The notes under the pieces: model-generated
Seen by the model: only the letters and a program-made list of their open reading frames with translations
Database searches by the model: none
Told to the model about the DNA's origin: nothing
Assembly (NCBI GenBank): GCA_965222155.1
Contig: CBDCTH010000002.1
Coordinates: 1-21,786 of the forward strand
DNA from: Gammaproteobacteria bacterium
GTDB lineage: Bacteria > Pseudomonadota > Gammaproteobacteria > Eutrophobiales > Eutrophobiaceae
DNA length: 21,786 nucleotides
Reading direction: 5' to 3'
Translations under genes and position numbers: made by a program
Shown: positions 16,908 through 21,786 of the stretch, in pieces
Numbering within the stretch: the first letter of the stretch is position 1
Layout of the letters: each line of letters begins with the position of its first letter

Positions 16908-17080
16908 TCCGCATCCACGAACAGACAATGGCGGGATCCCGCTATCTAGCGGTCAGCGACTCTGGGCACTCCTGCAACTTCCGTGCCCTCTCCTGGGAGG
17001 GTGCGCATAGGCTCGCGATCAAATACCTGGGCGAGCACAATACACAGCCGATCCGATACTGGCTGGAGAGGGAGGCATGA
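16904..17080 (+). CDS. 58-aa divergent AASWDEA-family protein (not in ORF track)
   Basis: Translated by hand: MIRIHEQTMAGSRYLAVSDSGHSCNFRALSWEGAHRLAIKYLGEHNTQPIRYWLEREA; ATGA overlaps at both ends. Confidence 0.75.
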   Translation: MIRIHEQTMAGSRYLAVSDSGHSCNFRALSWEGAHRLAIKYLGEHNTQPIRYWLEREA

Positions 17081-17349
17081 TCACTCCACAAGCAACGCCA
17101 GACTGCCCTCACGGCGAGCACGAGTTCGTGTCCACCGTAGAGCACGAGGGTGGATTGGCGGAGAATCCCGGCACCTGGGGGCACGGTGGCGCATGCGTCA
17201 TCCAGAGTCACTGCGTGCACTGCGGACTCCCGAGAACCGACGACTACTGGGACGACGCCGCCAACCAGCACGTTCCCGCTGGCATCACGTCATATGGCGA
17301 GATACCAGATGACTGGGATTGTGCACACACCGAGGAGGAGGAGGCATGA
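17077..17349 (+). CDS. Acidic Cys/His zinc-binding protein, unrelated to its array neighbours
   Basis: CPHGEHEF...CVHCG; bounded by the same GGAGGC-ATGA junctions. Confidence 0.75.
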   Translation: MITPQATPDCPHGEHEFVSTVEHEGGLAENPGTWGHGGACVIQSHCVHCGLPRTDDYWDDAANQHVPAGITSYGEIPDDWDCAHTEEEEA

Positions 17350-17609
17350 TCTCCTCCGGGTCCACATTTTTTGTCCAGACCGACTCTTACGGCGGCGGGT
17401 TCAAAGCGGCCTCCTGGGCCGATGCCATGACCCGGGCGGCTGAATACATGGCCGAAGCCTACCACAAGGGCGACGGGCCCTGGACGCGGCGGATCATCTA
17501 CACAGTGTATCTGGTACCCGACGGCTGGAGCACGGGCGGCACCATACTGGACACGCTGGACGAGTGCGAGTCGCAGGACGCGATACATATCGTGGAGGGG
17601 GAGGCATGA
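17346..17609 (+). CDS. AASWDEA-family small protein
   Basis: STFFV...FKAASWADAMTRAAEY...YTVY...CESQDA...EGEA. Confidence 0.8.
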   Translation: MISSGSTFFVQTDSYGGGFKAASWADAMTRAAEYMAEAYHKGDGPWTRRIIYTVYLVPDGWSTGGTILDTLDECESQDAIHIVEGEA

Positions 17610-17821
17610 TCTCTCCTCGCGCAACAACCAAGGCCCTCTATGTCGTCCTCGACGAGGCCGGTTGCGTCAGTCTATACTGGACCGCCTCCCGGGGGGAGGC
17701 CCTGCGGCGGGCCACACAATATATCGCTGCGGGCGAATATGGTACCGACGAGTGTGACATACAAATGATCCGGTTCACCATATATCGGGTATCTGCCTGC
17801 CCGCAGGAGAGAGGGTATTGA
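17606..17821 (+). CDS. Divergent AASWDEA-family protein
   Basis: MISPR...TASRGEALRRATQY...RFTIYRV. Confidence 0.7.
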   Translation: MISPRATTKALYVVLDEAGCVSLYWTASRGEALRRATQYIAAGEYGTDECDIQMIRFTIYRVSACPQERGY

Positions 17822-18105
17822 CCCAAATACAGTGGACTCGGTATGCCGGCACCTGGTGCTTATACGTCCCGCGAGTCTGCAACGTCGATCCGGGCGAGCA
17901 GGTGACTGTATGCCGCCGTGACGGCACCACGTCCCTGGTGTGGCTCGGTCAGATCATGGAGGAACTCCCTGGGTATCGCGTGCACGCGGTGGGCGCCGCT
18001 CCGCGACGATCCCGGTGCAGTGATTGTGGCCTCCCAATACAGAGTATGTACAGCCGCTGCCGTGACTGTTATCAGGCGGCACGCGAAGAGTCGTTTGCGG
18101 ATTAG
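17818..18105 (+). CDS. SH3-like beta protein with C-terminal CxxC zinc finger
   Basis: PGEQVTVCRRDG; CSDC...CRDC; TTGA overlap. Confidence 0.6.
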   Translation: MTQIQWTRYAGTWCLYVPRVCNVDPGEQVTVCRRDGTTSLVWLGQIMEELPGYRVHAVGAAPRRSRCSDCGLPIQSMYSRCRDCYQAAREESFAD

Positions 18106-18107
18106 CC

Positions 18108-18117
18108 TTTTTTTTTT
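18108..18117 (+). terminator. Oligo-T archaeal terminator
   Basis: T10 run directly after the last stop codon of the rightward array. Confidence 0.55.
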
Positions 18118-18124
18118 GCTTGGA

Positions 18125-19000
18125 TCCTTAAAATCAGAACCTCTCTTGAAGCCTTGTTGCTTGACATCTGTAACTCCACTCTGGTCTGATCACGTGATAA
18201 TCACTGTACATATCACGGATGTACGGGATGTCGTTGTATGACAGTATCCATTTATCTCGACCATGGAGAATCTTGGCCAAGCCCTCGTGATCAAACCCAC
18301 GGTGCATGTTGCCGTTCTTTCCGTACAGATTGCAATTTTTGAGCGGATACGGGGATCAAGATACAGCGATACTATCCCGTGACCTGCTTATGGAGTCCTT
18401 AAAGTCCATCAATTCAACGGATATGTTTTGCACTCTAAAGTTCGTCACCCGTTCAATCGACGATTCCGTAAACCCGGATGATTCGGCGACATCCCGCATG
18501 AAAGCGTTATCCCCGAAAATGACGACCTGTTCGGCATAAAATATCGCGGCCCTGGATCGGGGTTTTCTTGAGGATCTTGACCGGTTTTGATAATACCCCC
18601 TTATGATCTCTGCCAGTTTTTTTGGGCGGTTTAGGATGCACTGCCAAAACTCTACTAACGGTTTAAAGTTGTCATAACCGTAAACACGTATACCGTGGTT
18701 TGCGCATGCCAGCTCCACTGACCCCCCTCCTAGGAACGGCGAAGCCATCTCTTGGGTATTGTCAGGAATGAAGTTAAGTATTTGCAACACGCCTTTTGAT
18801 TTGCCGCCTGGGTATCTTAACGGTGATCTGGATTTCAATTTCCCGGCCATCTGAAGTCTCATGGCATCTGTTGCACCAAGGCTACTGTATATGCGGTGGC
18901 ATGCATCACATAACCATAACAGGTGCTCGTTCGGGTAAATAAACCATGGATGGAGCCGCACGTTGCTTCGTTTGCATCTTTTGCAAGTACCGCGATTCAC
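18125..19000 (-). pseudogene. dam: D12/Dam-family N6-adenine DNA methyltransferase, multiply frameshifted, with an N-terminal zinc-finger segment
   Basis: PLRYPGGKS and SPFLGGGSVE are intact. NRSSFSG, LYLDP(P)Y and the terminal SREVLI are recoverable only via frameshifts, and FDHE and WILSYND lie beyond an in-frame TGA at 18356-58. The 3' end is approximate. Confidence 0.8.
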
Positions 19001-19083
19001 GGCAGCCTATCGTCCGGGTGATGAAACCATAGCTGGAGCCGCATGCAGCTTCGTTTGCGTCTTTTGCAAGTGCAGCGATTCAT
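18997..19083 (-). CDS. 28-aa mini-ORF, degenerate duplicate of the next gene's N-terminus
   Basis: MNRCTCKRRKRSCMRLQLWFHHPDDRLP versus MNRGTCKRCKRSNVRLHPWFIYPNEHL; ATGA and GTGA overlaps. Confidence 0.5.
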   Translation of the reverse strand: MNRCTCKRRKRSCMRLQLWFHHPDDRLP

Positions 19084-19763
19084 GGAACGCGCATGCCTTT
19101 GCGTGGTATGAGCACAGCGGAGTCAAATGCTCCCAGCCGCGCATGCAGTTGTAGTAACCACCATTTCGACTGGGACTTAAATTCTTGCACCGTGTCGGTG
19201 CCTTCTACACTGCATAGCACGACGACCTGACTTATTTCCTTGCCCGTCAACTCCTTATACATGACGGCATATGCCGTTGCCTGTATATAATAATCGGTCA
19301 TCCATCCTTCCGACTGCGGTTTCCTTTTTGTCTTATAATCCAGTATGGTGTCCTGGCCGTCGTATTTGCAGATCAGATCAGCAGTGCCTGCCATCCGGTG
19401 TACGTCTGAGTATAGTCTCATTTCAGTCCCATAAACAGTGCTAACCTTGTCTATATATGGCCGAAAATTCTTGTGATGCTGATTCACGAGCGGGCCGTAT
19501 TCACAGTCCATATCCTGTGTTTTGCCTAGCAGGTATAGTTCATTCAGTTTATGGACACTTCGCCCGATCGTCCCGGCCCTGTTTTTGATACGATCCGCCT
19601 CCGCACTCCCTACGAGATCAATCCATTTCCGCAGCGAAGTCTTGGCGAACTCCGGCCTGGTGTGACTCAATATGGTCGTGATGCCCGGATATTGGTGTCC
19701 TGACGGCGTCTTATAGACGTGATCGTGCTGTCTTTTTAGAAGCGTGGGCTGCTCAAATTTCAT
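19080..19763 (-). CDS. PD-(D/E)XK exonuclease (RecB/Cas4-like superfamily, phage exonuclease type)
   Basis: YPGITTIL, G..VH, E..LYS, AGTADL, LDYKT and QATAY motifs. Confidence 0.85.
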   Translation of the reverse strand: MKFEQPTLLKRQHDHVYKTPSGHQYPGITTILSHTRPEFAKTSLRKWIDLVGSAEADRIKNRAGTIGRSVHKLNELYLLGKTQDMDCEYGPLVNQHHKNFRPYIDKVSTVYGTEMRLYSDVHRMAGTADLICKYDGQDTILDYKTKRKPQSEGWMTDYYIQATAYAVMYKELTGKEISQVVVLCSVEGTDTVQEFKSQSKWWLLQLHARLGAFDSAVLIPRKGMRVP

Positions 19764-20005
19764 ACATTTGTATAATGTTCGTTATATATATACATATTGT
19801 TGTTAAAACTGTAAAAATTACATACAGGTGTCACGCCCCACTGATCCTGGCATGTACGCAAGGCAGTGCGAGGTAGTAGGTAGGTGTGGATCAGGGGGGA
19901 CGTAAACACTTACAAACACTACATATACCGCCTTTTTATAGCTTTAATATGCCGGGCTATGATATCCAGGCCACGACATCAGGGTTTATTACATAGGACT
20001 TACCA

Positions 20006-20386
20006 ATGGATGACATGATCCCAAAAAAGCACAGGGTTAACGCGGCGTTCCGCACGGGAGTCGACGCGCTGGAAGATCTGTGCGGATACGTGCTGCGCGG
20101 GAACGACGTGCGAGCTCACAAGCAGAAGGCAATCGTGGAACGATGCGTCACGGGCATAATGGATTGTCTGGCCGAAGTGCCTGCCACTCCCATGTATAGC
20201 CCGGAAATGGGCAAAGGTGGCCAAATGCTGCCCCTCTGCGGCTACTGCACGGAGAGTGACGGGGTAAATATAAAATCCTCAAAGTACGCCGATACGGACG
20301 AGCCGACGCACCTTTGCAACAAATGCTGCACATCTACCACGGAGATGGCAGCGAGCAGCATAGACCTGACGCATTACCGGGGGTGA
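20006..20386 (+). CDS. Hypothetical protein with CxxC...CxxC
   Basis: 126 aa; LCGYC and LCNKC; TTTATTA at ~19985. Confidence 0.6.
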   Translation: MDDMIPKKHRVNAAFRTGVDALEDLCGYVLRGNDVRAHKQKAIVERCVTGIMDCLAEVPATPMYSPEMGKGGQMLPLCGYCTESDGVNIKSSKYADTDEPTHLCNKCCTSTTEMAASSIDLTHYRG

Positions 20387-20576
20387 TGACATAACCACAA
20401 AAAGCAACACCATACCCAGACGGGCCGTGAAGGGTCTTTGCAGTTGGTGCCATACGTCCAACGTTAGTATCGTGATACGAGGCGACCATAGCGTCTGCCT
20501 GCCGTGCATAAAAAAGTACAAGGGTATTAATGGATACCTCTCGTACCAGGCAGCCCAAGGCGGTCAGGATCGCTAG
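20386..20576 (+). pseudogene. Zinc-finger ORF lacking an in-frame canonical start (KGLCSWCHTSN...VCLPC)
   Basis: Open frame from ~20370 to the TAG at 20574-76. The ATG at 20386 after GGGGGTG is out of frame, implying either a frameshift or an ATA start at 20391. Confidence 0.45.
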
Positions 20577-20624
20577 GTATACCGGCATGCGCCATTTTAA
20601 TACCACGGGATCAACATACATCTG

Positions 20625-20939
20625 ATGGCCGACATTAGACTAGACGAGACCACGCTGATCCTGACCGTCCCGGCAGACGATACCGAGCTTATGGTGTCTG
20701 ACGTATCCGAGTCCCAAGACGGGAGAAAAGTCAAGAAGATCACGCTGGCAAACCTGATCAAGATACTCGACGGGCCGCAGAAAATGCAAATACAGACGAG
20801 CCATCCGGCCGTCCCCAACGGCTCCGATTACAACCTGATTTACGCTTATTCACCGGGCGTGGATCAGGACACGCAGGTATACGTGGCGCTCCGGCAGGCC
20901 GACGGCACGTATACAAACAGCGAGGTGCGCGTTGCCTAG
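20625..20939 (+). CDS. Probable virion protein (fibre N-terminal-like, DDTELMVSD...KKITLANL)
   Basis: The D..l.v.D....KK.T..nl motif is common at the N-termini of phage fibre proteins. Confidence 0.55.
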   Translation: MADIRLDETTLILTVPADDTELMVSDVSESQDGRKVKKITLANLIKILDGPQKMQIQTSHPAVPNGSDYNLIYAYSPGVDQDTQVYVALRQADGTYTNSEVRVA

Positions 20940-21786
20940 ATATGCCAAGATCGGCGTCGGGCATTATGCCGGGCAGTCATGGTACGACAAGCCCGAAACC
21001 GACTCTGACGCGGACGTGTCCAAGACGCTCCTTGAGCGTGACACCGGCAGGCACTTTATCCTATACGAGGGCGACTTTTGGAACTTCCAAAAGTATGAGG
21101 AGTCCATACGCAACGAGCCAAACTTTGATCATCAGCACAGGCCGTCCCAGCACCGGCAACTCGGCGACTCGCTGTCACGGGCCGTCCTGCGGTTTTGTTG
21201 GAGGCTCGACGGCGTTGACACCGACATTGACGACTTAAACTCTCTGTCACTCACCACCAACCCAAGCTGGCCCCGCTCAGAACTGTACCCGTTCCGGGGC
21301 GAAAAGTCATTCGCATTCAACGGCACGAACCACGGCGAGGTGTCGTATCCCGACTTTGACGCGACCGAGGGGTTTTTGATCGGGGGCTGGTTCAAGACGA
21401 TCAGCGAAGCGGAGTCAACCATATTCAAGTATCGCGACGGCGCCGGCGCCTACGTGGAGGTGGCAATGAACACGACGGCAGGCAAGATAGAGGCCACCGT
21501 ATCCGGGAGCGGCGGCAGGAACGCCGACGCGCCAGAAGTGGACATAACCGACGACAGGTGGCATTACGTGGGAGTGATGTACGACGAGCGAACGGGCGAC
21601 ACGTACCTCATAATCGCCACACGATACGAAATAGAGTACTTTGCAAAATTCAAGGCGGGCGGAATGTGGAATTTCACCCCGGTAAACGGCAAGCTCGTGC
21701 TGGGCGCCGGATATGACGGCTCCGCGACGGAGGACAATTTTATCGGGCAGGCAAAGAATTTCAGCGTGTACAAGCATCCTGACATT
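20932..21786 (+). CDS. LamG/concanavalin A-like domain virion protein, 3' truncated (not in ORF track)
   Basis: TTG at 20932 with SD GAGGTG; frame open to the window end. FAFNGTNHGEV, IGGWFKT, ITDDRWHYVGVMYD, LVLGAG and NFIG..NFSVY form a LamG-like pattern. Confidence 0.8.
   Translation, partial: MPRYAKIGVGHYAGQSWYDKPETDSDADVSKTLLERDTGRHFILYEGDFWNFQKYEESIRNEPNFDHQHRPSQHRQLGDSLSRAVLRFCWRLDGVDTDIDDLNSLSLTTNPSWPRSELYPFRGEKSFAFNGTNHGEVSYPDFDATEGFLIGGWFKTISEAESTIFKYRDGAGAYVEVAMNTTAGKIEATVSGSGGRNADAPEVDITDDRWHYVGVMYDERTGDTYLIIATRYEIEYFAKFKAGGMWNFTPVNGKLVLGAGYDGSATEDNFIGQAKNFSVYKHPDI

Noticed and set aside
18356-18358. Stop-codon readthrough or recoded TGA in the MTase
   Set aside because: The TGA arises from a local frameshift of CTT GAT (LD of LDPPY); readthrough would not restore the motif, and other genes use TGA as stop.
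19080-19763. cas4 call
   Set aside because: Lacks the four-cysteine Fe-S cluster motif and has no cas context; it is a generic PD-(D/E)XK exonuclease.
20942-21238. Track ORF MPRSASG... and minus-strand ORFs 21056-21785
   Set aside because: They are shadows of the open LamG-like frame starting at 20932.

Overview
This window is a fragment of a tailed dsDNA archaeal virus or provirus (Caudoviricetes). The host is most likely a Nitrososphaeria (Nitrosopumilaceae-like) archaeon, judged from a thaumarchaeal-type PCNA gene and TATA boxes about 22-27 nt upstream of start codons. It carries tail-fibre/adhesin genes at both ends and at 3.8-8.3 kb, and a head module: small terminase, a large terminase split into ATPase and nuclease genes, portal and probable prohead protease. 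It also has PCNA, an AT-rich repeat-dense candidate origin, a multiply frameshifted Dam-family MTase, a PD-(D/E)XK exonuclease and many CxxC microproteins. The most striking part is 12.4-18.1 kb, where one architecture occurs twice: [GGCGTACAAAC repeat array] <- genes <- [98-136 bp palindromic bidirectional promoter with mirror-symmetric start codons] -> genes. These promoters drive arrays of about 10 paralogous small genes (motif TFFV..AASWDEA..SYTVYR..ESQDA). The genes are joined by a conserved GGAGGC-ATGA-TCTCC stop/start junction that folds into a covarying hairpin, which suggests a cassette-like diversification and expression system. All calls come from visual motif recognition; no searches were run.
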